From: a virus
Direction: 5' to 3' (one strand)
Length of the DNA stretch: 64,000 nt
Virus record (IMG/VR): IMGVR_UViG_3300044655_001360
Shown: one piece after another, positions 1-10,285 of the stretch
Layout of the letters: every line of letters starts with the position of its first letter
Numbering within the stretch: position 1 is the stretch's first letter
Position numbers and translations under genes: made by a program
The notes under the pieces: model-generated
What the model saw: the letters and a program-made list of their open reading frames with translations, nothing else
The model's database searches: none
Told to the model about the DNA's origin: nothing

Positions 1-92
1 CCAGATCCAGCAACTGGGGCTTCAGATCCGACTAGTTTCCCTGCTGCTACTGCTACTAATGTACGTCTATGAAATTTTTGTAAACTACTCAT
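1..92 (-). CDS. 5' end of a protein starting MSSLQKFHRR, running off the window; shares its start with the gene at 946-1477
   Basis: ATG at 92 with AAGGAG RBS and upstream TAAATA; positions 66-133 nearly identical to 1451-1519. Confidence 0.7.
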   Translation of the reverse strand, partial: MSSLQKFHRRTLVAVAAGKLVGSEAPVAGS

Positions 93-212
93 TTTACTTC
101 TCCTTTTATAATATATACTTGTATTTACCTGATTTTAACCATAATACAGGCGATATAACGCTAAAAGATAATAGAATAAATACACCTATAACAACCAATC
201 AGGAAACCTCAA

Positions 213-878
213 ATGCAATTACAACCACTAGCGACAGTTCCTATCTGGGAATCAGAACTACCCAACTTTAGTAAACTCCAACCCAACTTCATTGAAACTC
301 TAAAAACTTTAAGAGAACAAGAGCCAGCTGGAGTTCAGATTTCTAATATCGCTGGGTATCATTCCAAGTCTAATTTACAGAACTACCCAGAACTAAGACC
401 CCTTTTTGACTACGTCGGTGCAATGGCTAAACAAGCCTGTAAGGATTTAAACTTCATCGATTGCGACGTTTACGTCACAACGGCTTGGTCTAACTTCAAT
501 GACAACCGTTCTTGTATGAATGTTGAACATGTTCATGGCGAAACTTTCTCAGGCTGCTTCTATCTGCAAATCCCACCTCAAAGCGGTAAGTTAGTTATCC
601 TCAATGAAGGGATTAACCGTATGTGGCAAGGATGTTCCTTAACCAAAGAAAAGAATGCGTATACGGTTGAAACCATCCACTTACAACCCCGGGAAGGTCA
701 AATACTCCTATGGCCATCCTACATTCCACATTCAGTTACTACCAATAGCCATGACTTAGAAAGGATCTCCGTTGCTTTTAATGTTATCGCGGTTCCTGTG
801 GATCGTGGTGGTTCTGATGTAGTTGAAAAGTCTGCTGGGTCGAATGGATTGAAACGGTTTAATAGGAATTATATTTAA
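213..878 (+). CDS. putative 2OG-Fe(II) oxygenase (TIGR02466-like)
   Basis: HxH motif (EHVH), FSGCFYL, LWPSYIPHSV and RISVAFN motifs. Confidence 0.8.
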   Translation: MQLQPLATVPIWESELPNFSKLQPNFIETLKTLREQEPAGVQISNIAGYHSKSNLQNYPELRPLFDYVGAMAKQACKDLNFIDCDVYVTTAWSNFNDNRSCMNVEHVHGETFSGCFYLQIPPQSGKLVILNEGINRMWQGCSLTKEKNAYTVETIHLQPREGQILLWPSYIPHSVTTNSHDLERISVAFNVIAVPVDRGGSDVVEKSAGSNGLKRFNRNYI

Positions 879-891
879 GATTACTGCAACA

Positions 892-917
892 GAAAACCCA
901 CTTTAGGGTGGGTTTTC
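892..917. terminator. bidirectional intrinsic terminator
   Basis: GAAAACCCAC-N6-GTGGGTTTTC between convergent genes. Confidence 0.75.
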
Positions 918-945
918 AAAGTTACTTCACGAAAAAGCCGAAAGC

Positions 946-1477
946 CTAAATGGTTGATCTCCGGGCGGCTCTGACGTAGCCGTTGGTATTCTTAAACTTA
1001 TACTGACCTATCGAACCATCGCTCATATTTAAATACGTGGCATAACTCGCATCATACTCGGTAGATGAAGAATACCCATTTGGACCAAATGAATTCGCTG
1101 TCGCGAATGGAGTTGCTGACTTATTAGAATACAACATCATCAATTCATCAAGTGCTGGCATATACCATGTATTATACCCACCAGTTGCTAGGGTTTTGCA
1201 ATAATATGCTGCTGGATGCGCTGTAGCTCCAAAGGCATTGAGTGTATTAGTATTCGTCCAACCATCCGATGAACTGACAGTACTTCTAGCGGTACCTTGA
1301 CTACCCCATGTTCTTTGTACTTCTGTCGATTTAGGTGATGCTATAAGTTTATTACTAACAGTTCCACCTAACCAATAACCGTGGGTGTTATCACCATCAC
1401 CAATGAATGTATAATTATAGGGTACTACCCCCCCCCGATACCTGGGTTCTTCTATGAAATTTTTGTAAACTACTCAT
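946..1477 (-). pseudogene. DUF1566/Lcl-like C-type-lectin-fold protein, out of frame at a G9 tract
   Basis: ATG at 1477 with AAGGAG RBS; G9 at 1428-1436 gives an early TAA. G8 would give an open ~176-aa frame containing ASPKSTE, WYMPALDEL, YSSSTE and YVRAARR. Confidence 0.75.
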
Positions 1478-1651
1478 CTTTACTTCTCCTTTTATAATAT
1501 ATACTTGTATTTACCTGATAAATCGGTATTTGTATGGGATATCGGTCTAAAAGATAATGGAATGGCTCGGCGCTATCGCGCCTCGCAAACTACAGATCAC
1601 ACTATTCCTCGCGAGAGCCGCTAGGCTCGAGCCTTATCATCATAAACAACA

Positions 1652-1674
1652 AAAAGCCCTCAAGCGAGGGCTTT
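1652..1674. terminator. intrinsic terminator
   Basis: AAAGCCCTC-AAGC-GAGGGCTTT. Confidence 0.6.
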
Positions 1675-1822
1675 CACATGCTAAATACATTTGTAGGATA
1701 TTGGAAGTATCCTACAAAAACACAACACTTTATCTGTACTAAAGGATTGTAACGTATTTAGTCATTTCAAAACAGCGTTAATTCAAGTACAGGTTACTCA
1801 TTTAATTAAGAGGATACCTAAC

Positions 1823-2878
1823 ATGTTACAGCAAACCACACCTTACTTTTACATCATCAAAAACAAACACACTGGTCTACGATATTCAGGTGCTAGATGG
1901 GCTTCCGGGTGTCATCCCGCTGAGTTTATGACCGAGGACGGGTATTGCACGTCTTCTAAAATCATTTCTGGGATTATCGAATCGGATGGATTAGTCGTAT
2001 TCGAAATAGAGCAGATTGTTACGGATTTTAATGGTTTAAGTGCTTATGATTATGAAACCGCTTTTCTTGTAGAAAATGATTGCGCTGGGTCAGATCAATG
2101 GTACAATAGACATAATAATATGGGTATTATGGCGTTTGGAACCGACGGATATAAACAAGCCATGATAGCCAATTATGGGGTAGAGCACCCATTGCATAGT
2201 GAAGAGTTCAAGGACAAAGTAAAGAAAACCAACCTTGATCGACTCGGTGTTGAAAATCCGATGCAAAATGAAGAGGTAAAAGAAAAGGTAAAGCAAACAA
2301 ATCTTGATAGACGCGGGGTTGAAAATCCAATGCAATGTGATGATATCAAGACTAAACATAAAACTACAACACTCGGTATATATGGATGTGAGAACGTATT
2401 TCAGAATGAAGAGATTAAAGCAAAAGCAAAAGAAACCATGCTACGCGAACATGGCGTTGAAAACGCATCGCAATCTCCGGAAATAAAAGAGAAAAAGAAA
2501 CAAACTAATATTGATAGACGTGGCGTCGAAAATCCAATGCAGTGCGAGGAAGTAAAAAACAAGGCAAAAACCACTAACGTTGAAAGATTTGGCTGTGAAC
2601 ATCCAACGCAAAATGAAGAAGTTAAAGCTAAAACCGTAGTAACTAATCTTGATAGGTATGGATGTGAATATGTTACACAAAATGAAGAAGTTAAAGCTAA
2701 AGCGAAAATTACCACACAAAACAGGTATGGAGCACCGCATTATGCACAGTCGGAGGCTTACCGAAATGCCATTCATGTGTGTAAATATTGTGATAAATCA
2801 TCAAATAATCCTGCAATGATGTCGCGCTGGCATAACGACAATTGTAAACATAAACCAACGGATGATTCTGTGGTATAG
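1823..2878 (+). CDS. putative free-standing GIY-YIG-like homing endonuclease with internal ~23-aa repeats
   Basis: N-terminal YFYII...RYSGAR...GYCTSS; about eight TNxxRxGVENPMQxEEVK repeats; C-terminal CxxC...RWHNDNC. Confidence 0.6.
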   Translation: MLQQTTPYFYIIKNKHTGLRYSGARWASGCHPAEFMTEDGYCTSSKIISGIIESDGLVVFEIEQIVTDFNGLSAYDYETAFLVENDCAGSDQWYNRHNNMGIMAFGTDGYKQAMIANYGVEHPLHSEEFKDKVKKTNLDRLGVENPMQNEEVKEKVKQTNLDRRGVENPMQCDDIKTKHKTTTLGIYGCENVFQNEEIKAKAKETMLREHGVENASQSPEIKEKKKQTNIDRRGVENPMQCEEVKNKAKTTNVERFGCEHPTQNEEVKAKTVVTNLDRYGCEYVTQNEEVKAKAKITTQNRYGAPHYAQSEAYRNAIHVCKYCDKSSNNPAMMSRWHNDNCKHKPTDDSVV

Positions 2879-2930
2879 AGTTTATCATGCGTTGCGAGCA
2901 CCGCTAGGTGCGAGCCACTATCCACAAAAA

Positions 2931-2956
2931 GAAAAGCCCTCGAATGAGGGCTTTTC
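2931..2956. terminator. bidirectional intrinsic terminator
   Basis: GAAAAGCCCTC-GAAT-GAGGGCTTTTC between convergent genes. Confidence 0.8.
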
Positions 2957-2978
2957 TCGTCCTAATCTAAGTTAACGA

Positions 2979-5900
2979 TTAAACGTTACCAGAGACTACA
3001 ATTTCAGGTGAAGCACCCCCCGTAACAAACATGATCGTCAATATACCACGTGCAGCAAGTGATAAAGGTGAAGTTTTTGCGGTGGAAGTTCCACTAAGGT
3101 AGACCGTACCACCAGACCAAGAAATGTTTTGAGCAGTTCCTGATTGGTTGTAAATTGAAATCACGTCACCGGATGCGAATACTGAGTTAGTTGGAATAGT
3201 AATACCACCAGTTGAAATGTTGATGTTTTTACCATTATCAGTAGCAAGTAGAGTATACGCCGCAGATTTTGATAGTTGTGGAATAGAACGTAAGTTCCCA
3301 TCGCTATCAGAAACACGACCAGTCACTGTGTTAATCGTGGAGGTTGCAACTAATGTACCACTAGTTGGTAGAATAACCGATGTTGCACCCGTAGTACTTA
3401 ACGTCAACGGATACGCTCCCGATGTTGTGAAATTACCAGCCGTTGCCAACGTAGAGTTGTTAGCTAACGAAATCGTTGCGGTATTCGCGGGTGCCGCGAA
3501 TACCACTTTATTGAAAGTCGTTGATGCACTGGACAATAACGTTCCACTAGTCGGAAGCGTAACATTTGTCGAGGCCGTTGTGGTTAAAGTTAACGGGAAT
3601 GCACCACTAGTGCTGAAATTCGCAGCTGTTGATAAAGTTGAATTATCTGCTAAAGAAATCGTTGCGCCAGTCGCAGGTTGAGAAACGGTCACGTTATTCA
3701 ACTTTGTAGCAGTGATAGCACCGACTCTAATTGGAGCATACGTGGCACTTGTGAAATCAATAGTTGTAGATGGAGCAGTTGTAATAGAATCAAACAATTT
3801 CCAAGTATTACCGTCACTTGCATCACGAACGAAACCAGTATATGTACTAGTGTTATAGGTACCATAAATCCCGATATCTACAGTATTCAATGTATTTCCA
3901 CTAGCCATTGAAATAATAGAATCAGCAACGTTGATGCTGCTGGTATTGATGATATTGTTAGTACCGTTTACTGTGAAATTACCTGCAACAACGAGATTAT
4001 TGTTAATGGTAGTATTACCTGAGCTACCACCCACTGTAAGCGTGGTTGCTGCTCCGGCAAAGTTAACAGTAGTTGCAGTTGTATTTACTAACGCAAATGA
4101 AGTACTTGGTGTTGTGAGAGAGGTAGTAATTGCGGGACTAGTTCCAAGAACATTAACTCCAGTGCCAGTGGCTGTGCTTGTGCCCGAACCACCGTTTGCA
4201 ACTGGTAGAATTCCTGTAACTTGAGTAGTTAAATCAATACCAGATAATGTACCACCGAGTGTTAAATACCCCGACGTGGCTACGGCGCCCGTTAATGTAA
4301 TCCCATTTACTGTTCCCTGACCACTGACACTTGTCACGGTTCCAGAACTACTTCCTAAAATAGCAGAAATATCACGCCATTCTGCCGCCGTTCCACTGGT
4401 TGCAGTTAAAACTTGGTTGATAGTAGGAGTACTAGCACCGCTAACAACTACTGGACTACCTGTAGTTGCTAATGCATTTGTAACTGCTGCAGTACCGTCA
4501 ATGCTTACTCCAGTAAGCGATAATGAACCAGATGCACGATTCAATGCAACTTGAGTTGTACCAATATAGAGTGAACTATTTGCTAATACTGTGCTTGGAA
4601 TAGTACCACTTAAGTTACCAGCGGTTAGGTTGGTTAAGTTTGCACCAGATACAGTACCAAACGAAGCTGACCAAGTACCAGTTGTAATAGTATCAACGGT
4701 TGATAAGTTAGGTAATGAGGTTACTGTGCTACTTACTAAGGTACCTGAAGTTGGTAAAGTAACAGAAGTAGGACCAGTTGATACCAGCGTGATGCTATTT
4801 GCGCCACTTGTAGCTAACGTAGAACCGTTGGCGAGTGACAGCACTGCATTCGTCGCGGGTTGTGTTAACGTTATCTTGTTAACTGTCGTAGCAGTTGCAT
4901 CACCCAAATTTGGTGTGATTAATGTGGGACTAGTGTCCATGACAAATTTACTACCTGTACCTGTTTGGCTACCAACCGATGTTGTATTACCTACCGATGT
5001 AATAGGACCGGTTAAATTTGCATTGGTTGTAACAGTTGCGGCATTTCCACCAATACTTAAGTTAGCAACTGGTGTTGTTGATGTTACAACAAAAGGCGCT
5101 GTACCAGTAGAAATTGTAGAAGTCAATTGCGTAGCACTAACAGTAGAACTGAATGTACCAGTCGTTGCATTCAACCCACCGATGGTTAAATTGTCATAAT
5201 TTGCACCCGTAAAATCCATTACATTACCAACTGGCTCTGCTGCAATTCCACTGAATAATTTCCAACCTTTATCGGTAGCATCACGAACTAAACCAGAGTG
5301 AGTATGAACACCACCTGTAGTGTAGGCTGCTAGAAAACCCAAATCCAAAATATCTGCAACGTTATTATCGCCCAAATAGATTAATGGGTCATCAACGTTA
5401 ATCACAGTCGCACTCAATTGAGTGGCGCCCGAACCAAAAGTAATGTTTCCAGAAACTACCAAGTCATTTTCAACTGTAGTTGTACCTGTGGCAGCCCCGA
5501 TATTAACTGTAGTGGCAGCACCGGCGAAATTAACAGTAGTTGCAGTGGTATTCAGCAAATCAAAAGAAGTACTTCCAGTAGTTAATGAAGTTGCAACGGA
5601 TGGACTAGTTAACGCAGGTGTATTAGCGAATACTAAAGATCCAGTACCAGATTCGTCTGAAATAATACCAGCTAATTCAGAAGAAGACGTTGCAGCTAAA
5701 TCAGATAACTTGGCTGTGGTGTACATTACAGTACCACCCGCACCAAATGCGACTGTTGATAAATCAGTACCGGTAAAAGTTAATGAATTATTAACTGCTA
5801 AGGCTTTGCCGTCTAAAACCGTAATTGTAGAACTATTTGCGGGTTGTGTAATTGTAACTTTGTTAATTGTCGTTGCTATCGCATCGCCCAGAACAGGTGA

Positions 5901-6110
5901 AACGAGAGTAGGACTTGTGCTTAATACCACACTCCCCGTACCTGTCGAAGTTGTCACGCCCGTTCCGCCTGATGCAACTGGTAGTGTTTGCGTTAAATTA
6001 AGTGATGGTAACGTAACCGTACCACCAATAACATTAAGACCACCAGCGTTGATTGTAACTCCATTGGCTACTTCTAGCCCATGTTTCACTTTAAAATTGT
6101 TGTCACTCAT
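2979..6110 (-). CDS. virion structural / tail-fibre-like protein
   Basis: 1043 aa, T/S/G-rich, repeated NTTATTVNFAGAAT and GLVRDA...WKLF modules; TAAATA upstream. Confidence 0.7.
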   Translation of the reverse strand: MSDNNFKVKHGLEVANGVTINAGGLNVIGGTVTLPSLNLTQTLPVASGGTGVTTSTGTGSVVLSTSPTLVSPVLGDAIATTINKVTITQPANSSTITVLDGKALAVNNSLTFTGTDLSTVAFGAGGTVMYTTAKLSDLAATSSSELAGIISDESGTGSLVFANTPALTSPSVATSLTTGSTSFDLLNTTATTVNFAGAATTVNIGAATGTTTVENDLVVSGNITFGSGATQLSATVINVDDPLIYLGDNNVADILDLGFLAAYTTGGVHTHSGLVRDATDKGWKLFSGIAAEPVGNVMDFTGANYDNLTIGGLNATTGTFSSTVSATQLTSTISTGTAPFVVTSTTPVANLSIGGNAATVTTNANLTGPITSVGNTTSVGSQTGTGSKFVMDTSPTLITPNLGDATATTVNKITLTQPATNAVLSLANGSTLATSGANSITLVSTGPTSVTLPTSGTLVSSTVTSLPNLSTVDTITTGTWSASFGTVSGANLTNLTAGNLSGTIPSTVLANSSLYIGTTQVALNRASGSLSLTGVSIDGTAAVTNALATTGSPVVVSGASTPTINQVLTATSGTAAEWRDISAILGSSSGTVTSVSGQGTVNGITLTGAVATSGYLTLGGTLSGIDLTTQVTGILPVANGGSGTSTATGTGVNVLGTSPAITTSLTTPSTSFALVNTTATTVNFAGAATTLTVGGSSGNTTINNNLVVAGNFTVNGTNNIINTSSINVADSIISMASGNTLNTVDIGIYGTYNTSTYTGFVRDASDGNTWKLFDSITTAPSTTIDFTSATYAPIRVGAITATKLNNVTVSQPATGATISLADNSTLSTAANFSTSGAFPLTLTTTASTNVTLPTSGTLLSSASTTFNKVVFAAPANTATISLANNSTLATAGNFTTSGAYPLTLSTTGATSVILPTSGTLVATSTINTVTGRVSDSDGNLRSIPQLSKSAAYTLLATDNGKNINISTGGITIPTNSVFASGDVISIYNQSGTAQNISWSGGTVYLSGTSTAKTSPLSLAARGILTIMFVTGGASPEIVVSGNV

Positions 6111-6220
6111 ATTTGTTTCCCATAGAGGTTAATGTAGAACTAACGCACTCCGTTAGTTCAGAAGATGACTTTCGTCATTGATGATATTTAGGGTGATTTG
6201 GGTTTCTATTACGCAAAAAG

Positions 6221-6241
6221 AAGCAGCCCGAAGGCTGCTTT
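6221..6241 (-). terminator. intrinsic terminator
   Basis: AAGCAGCC-CGAA-GGCTGCTT downstream of 6304-9795. Confidence 0.7.
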
Positions 6242-6303
6242 GGAGTTCAACATGATTGTGATTCCGGTATTGTATTTATATCTAAAAGATAATTGAATCT
6301 AGT

Positions 6304-9300
6304 TTAAACTGCAGTTAACCCAACACCATTGATTAACCATTTAGTAGCAGTTGTTTTAATTGCAGTGGCAATGCCATCTGCTGCCAATTTTACAGATAAG
6401 CTAGTAACAAAACCAGTCCCAGCTAATACCAATCCTGTACCGGTCGCAGTAATTGTTACATCACCAGCACCGCTATCATTAATAAAAGTCAATACACTAC
6501 CAATTGGGAACGATATATTCCCATCGATATAATAGGTTACTGCGCTCGAACTAGTATGGAACCAGTGTTTACCGACATCCGTTAATCCTGGGCCACCTTG
6601 TGAATTTTGGATAACTTGTGGCATGTCAACGTAACCAACTGTAAACTCTCCACCTGTAACTTCTGGGAAAGTTACCGTAGTATTTGCGGTTGACTTTAAC
6701 GTTAATTCAAACGCACCTTCAGTAATTAACTTTGAATTGGGTGCCAACGTCAAAGTAGCAGCATCTGTCGGTTGTGTGATAGTTACTTTATTAATAGAAG
6801 TCGCTGTTGCAACTCCTAAAATTGGGGTTTTTAAAGTTGGTGTGTCATCAACGACAAATATATTACTAGTACCAGTCTTATTAGCCGGATTAATCGACGT
6901 AGCAGCCCCCACCGATGTGATTGGGCCTGTTAAGTTTTGTGATGGTGCTGAAATAGATCCAGATGATACATCAGCAGCAACGCCTGATGCAGCAGCTGCT
7001 GCAATTGCCGCTGCCTGTGCCAAAGAACATCCATCAGTAACCATGGAAATATTAATACCAGAGAAATTGGTTCCAGTGATAGTTGCACCAGTTATATTAC
7101 CAGTTGTAGTTATGTCACCAGAGAATATACCTTTAACACCAGACACGTCACCAGAGAATATACCTTTAACTCCAGATACATCACCAGTAAATGTCCCTTT
7201 AACACCAGACACGTCACCAGAGAATATACCTTTAACACCAGATACATCACCGGTAAATACTCCTTTTACTGCAGCTAAATCACCTATTTTTAATTTGTCA
7301 TAGACTGCATTAGTGAAATTAACCGTAGTGGTTGGTTCATCAGTAACTCCACTGAACAATTTCCAAGTACCGCCATCGCTTGCATCTCTAACTAAACCGG
7401 TATGTGGATGTGTTGGATTTTGATTTCCTGGAGGACCAAAATTATAACCACCCACGAAACCCAAATCAAAAGAATCCCCTGGATTATTATTTCCAAGATA
7501 GATAATTGGATCTTCAACTGTCAATGAAGACGAACCGATACTAGATGCAGGACCATTAACAGTTAATGAGCCAGTTACAACTAAGTCATGATTAATGGTT
7601 GTTATACCAGGTAACGCAGAACCCATACTGATTGTGGTTGCAGCACTCGCAAAATTAACAGTAGTTGCATTGGTTGTTAATAAATTAAAAGTCTGGCTAG
7701 GAGTCAATAAGTTAGAGGTAGCCCCACTTCCTATTGTTACTGTATTATTACGTATTTTAGTATTACCAGTACTATCATCGCCAATAGTAATGTCATCAGC
7801 TGCTCCTGCAAAATTAACAGTGGTTGTATCTGTGTTTATCAAATCACACGCAATGCTTGGTGTTGCAATCGTTGTTTTTGCAGCAGATGCGGTACCAATA
7901 GTCAATAACGGATTTCGTATATTAAACTGCCCAGTAGTTGCACCAGAATTAACTGTGGTGGCAGATAATCCAAAAGATAAGTCAGTAACACTATCTAACA
8001 AACTAAATGATGTACTTGGCGTTGTTAATCTCGATGCAGTTCCAGTACCAATTGAAACTATATCAGTATGTAGGGTGGTAACACCAACACCGGTTGTATT
8101 TCCTATTTTAACTACAGTTGCCGCTCCAGCAAAGTTGACAGTGGTCGCGGTGGTGTTCACCAGATTAAAGGTGGATGCAGGTGTTGTAATGGAAGCATCA
8201 CCGTTAGAATTACCAATGCTAACCGTTGCATTTTTTAAATTGGTGGTTGTACCAGCAGTACCAGAACCAACATTAATTAAAGTACCTGCACCTGCAAAGT
8301 TGACAGTAAGAGCATTTGTGTCAATTAAGTTAAATGTAGAACTTGGAGTTGTAATTGATGAGGTGGAACCATTACCAATCGCAATTGTCGAATTCTTCAA
8401 CGAAGTTGTTGTGCCAGTTGTACCAGAACCAACATTGATCGTAGTTCCAGCACCTGCAAAGTTAACCGTGGTTGCATTGGTGTTAATCAAATCAAAGTTA
8501 GCCGATGGCGTTGTAATAGCCGATGACGAACCATTACCTACGTTGATAGTTGCATTTTTTAAATTGGTGGTTGTACCAGTAGTACCAGAACCAATATTAA
8601 TTAATGTACCTGCGCCTGCAAAGTTAACAGTGGTCGCATTCGTGTCAATTAAGTTAAATGTAGCAGAAGGTGTTGTAATTGATGAGGTAGAGCCATTACC
8701 TACATTGATAGTTGCATTTTTTAAATTGGTGGTTGTATTTGGAGTACCAGAACCAACATTAATCAATGTCCCTGCACCTACAAAGTTAACAGTAGTTGCA
8801 TTGGTATTCAATAAATCAAAATCAGTAGCTGGAGTTGTGATACCAGTACCAATTACGCTAATCTTTTCGATTCCATCAATCGTGACTTTAACATACGATG
8901 CACCACCAGAAGTTTCTGAATCATAAACCAAAACATTACTATTTTGATCTTCAATGTGACTAGTTGAAAAATTTTCAATAGCTGCATTAACTAATGATCG
9001 AGAATAATCAGATACAGCCCTCATATTTGGAATGTAATCATCCGTTGGAACATACGATGACCCATCAACCCACATCAATGAATTCTTAATTACATAACCA
9101 GACACTGGAGTGTTAGCAAATGTAGCACCAGCGTCAGCATACTTAAATGTTGTAGTTGTTTTATCGAGAATGATCTTATTAGATGCATTAAACGCAGGAA
9201 ACGTAGCACAGTGGATATCAACGAAGTCATTAACAGCCAAGCCATGTGGTGTTGCTGTAGTAACCGTGATCATATTAGTGCTAGAATTACGCTCAATATG

Positions 9301-9795
9301 GGTTATTACAACCGAAGCTAATCGTGTATAATCTAATACCCGAGTTTCATACGCATTAGTACCAGCAACTTTAACCACACCGGTACCAGTATTAATTAAG
9401 GTCAAATCACCATTATCAGTATTGGCATCAGTTAATATGTTTCGAAGCTGAAGGTTACTATTCACATAACTATAAGTCCCATCAGTTAATTTATGAGTTA
9501 TAGTCCATGCATTAACATTCTCATCAAATAAGAAGTCGGCTCTATCCAAAGATCCACGATCAATCTCTAGCCCAGATCTTCTTAACGTAACACCAGCACC
9601 AGTTTCACCACGATTAAGGACAAGTATTACATCACTAATAACCTGCGAATTAAATGTTTGTGTCGTTCCCAATACCTGCAAATCACCAGTTACGGATACT
9701 GAACCACCTGGACCAGTGTCAAATGTGATTTTGGCTCCACCTGGTCGTCTAGCTTTTATGGTATAGTCACCATTTATTTGTACTACTTGTCCCAT
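6304..9795 (-). CDS. virion structural / tail-fibre-like protein, paralog of 2979-6110
   Basis: 1163 aa; ~52-aa repeats (TPSATFNLIDTNATTVNFAGAG); modules shared with the downstream gene. Confidence 0.7.
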   Translation of the reverse strand: MGQVVQINGDYTIKARRPGGAKITFDTGPGGSVSVTGDLQVLGTTQTFNSQVISDVILVLNRGETGAGVTLRRSGLEIDRGSLDRADFLFDENVNAWTITHKLTDGTYSYVNSNLQLRNILTDANTDNGDLTLINTGTGVVKVAGTNAYETRVLDYTRLASVVITHIERNSSTNMITVTTATPHGLAVNDFVDIHCATFPAFNASNKIILDKTTTTFKYADAGATFANTPVSGYVIKNSLMWVDGSSYVPTDDYIPNMRAVSDYSRSLVNAAIENFSTSHIEDQNSNVLVYDSETSGGASYVKVTIDGIEKISVIGTGITTPATDFDLLNTNATTVNFVGAGTLINVGSGTPNTTTNLKNATINVGNGSTSSITTPSATFNLIDTNATTVNFAGAGTLINIGSGTTGTTTNLKNATINVGNGSSSAITTPSANFDLINTNATTVNFAGAGTTINVGSGTTGTTTSLKNSTIAIGNGSTSSITTPSSTFNLIDTNALTVNFAGAGTLINVGSGTAGTTTNLKNATVSIGNSNGDASITTPASTFNLVNTTATTVNFAGAATVVKIGNTTGVGVTTLHTDIVSIGTGTASRLTTPSTSFSLLDSVTDLSFGLSATTVNSGATTGQFNIRNPLLTIGTASAAKTTIATPSIACDLINTDTTTVNFAGAADDITIGDDSTGNTKIRNNTVTIGSGATSNLLTPSQTFNLLTTNATTVNFASAATTISMGSALPGITTINHDLVVTGSLTVNGPASSIGSSSLTVEDPIIYLGNNNPGDSFDLGFVGGYNFGPPGNQNPTHPHTGLVRDASDGGTWKLFSGVTDEPTTTVNFTNAVYDKLKIGDLAAVKGVFTGDVSGVKGIFSGDVSGVKGTFTGDVSGVKGIFSGDVSGVKGIFSGDITTTGNITGATITGTNFSGINISMVTDGCSLAQAAAIAAAAASGVAADVSSGSISAPSQNLTGPITSVGAATSINPANKTGTSNIFVVDDTPTLKTPILGVATATSINKVTITQPTDAATLTLAPNSKLITEGAFELTLKSTANTTVTFPEVTGGEFTVGYVDMPQVIQNSQGGPGLTDVGKHWFHTSSSAVTYYIDGNISFPIGSVLTFINDSGAGDVTITATGTGLVLAGTGFVTSLSVKLAADGIATAIKTTATKWLINGVGLTAV
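7110..7270 (-). repeat. 33-bp coding tandem repeat (GVKGIFSGDVS)
   Basis: about 4-5 copies of tcaccagagaatatacctttaacaccaga-like units. Confidence 0.85.
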
Positions 9796-9805
9796 GGCTT
9801 ACTCC

Positions 9806-10207
9806 TTATACGTATGGAGTTAATTTGATTTGATCAGCTGATGAATCCGCATAGTTGGTCAATTCCCAACGATACTTGTTGTTGTTAAAATCAATTGCCG
9901 ACTTTTTAGTTAACTTTCTCAAGTAAATAGGCGTATCAGCACCATCAATATATCCGGTTAATCTCATTTCACCAGCAGCTGCAGGTGTACCAGCAACCAA
10001 TCGCGCAATAACTTCAGTACCTGCACTTGTGTCATGTACCAAATAAGTTCTTACACCACGTTGACGTACAATATATACATCACTTTGGTTACTTCCACCA
10101 ATATACGCTTCGCATTTAATACCAGCATCAGAATCACCTGGTGTGTTTGTACCGTAAGTACCAAATACTAAAATACCATTCACATCTCTTTTTAACGGAC
10201 GTCCCAT
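9806..10207 (-). CDS. conserved phage structural protein (MGRPL start)
   Basis: strong AAGGAG RBS, upstream TAAATA, co-oriented with structural genes. Confidence 0.6.
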   Translation of the reverse strand: MGRPLKRDVNGILVFGTYGTNTPGDSDAGIKCEAYIGGSNQSDVYIVRQRGVRTYLVHDTSAGTEVIARLVAGTPAAAGEMRLTGYIDGADTPIYLRKLTKKSAIDFNNNKYRWELTNYADSSADQIKLTPYV

Positions 10208-10285
10208 TTGTTTTCTCCTTATAGTTGACGTTCTAAGTCCTACGCAGTGGGTACTGCATAAATCACATAGATGAAGTATTTAGCC

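Noticed and set aside
3217-9331. Long plus-strand ORFs such as 7595-8926 and 5422-6132
   Set aside because: Antisense shadows of Thr/Gly/Ala-rich structural genes; V/P-rich and without RBS support.
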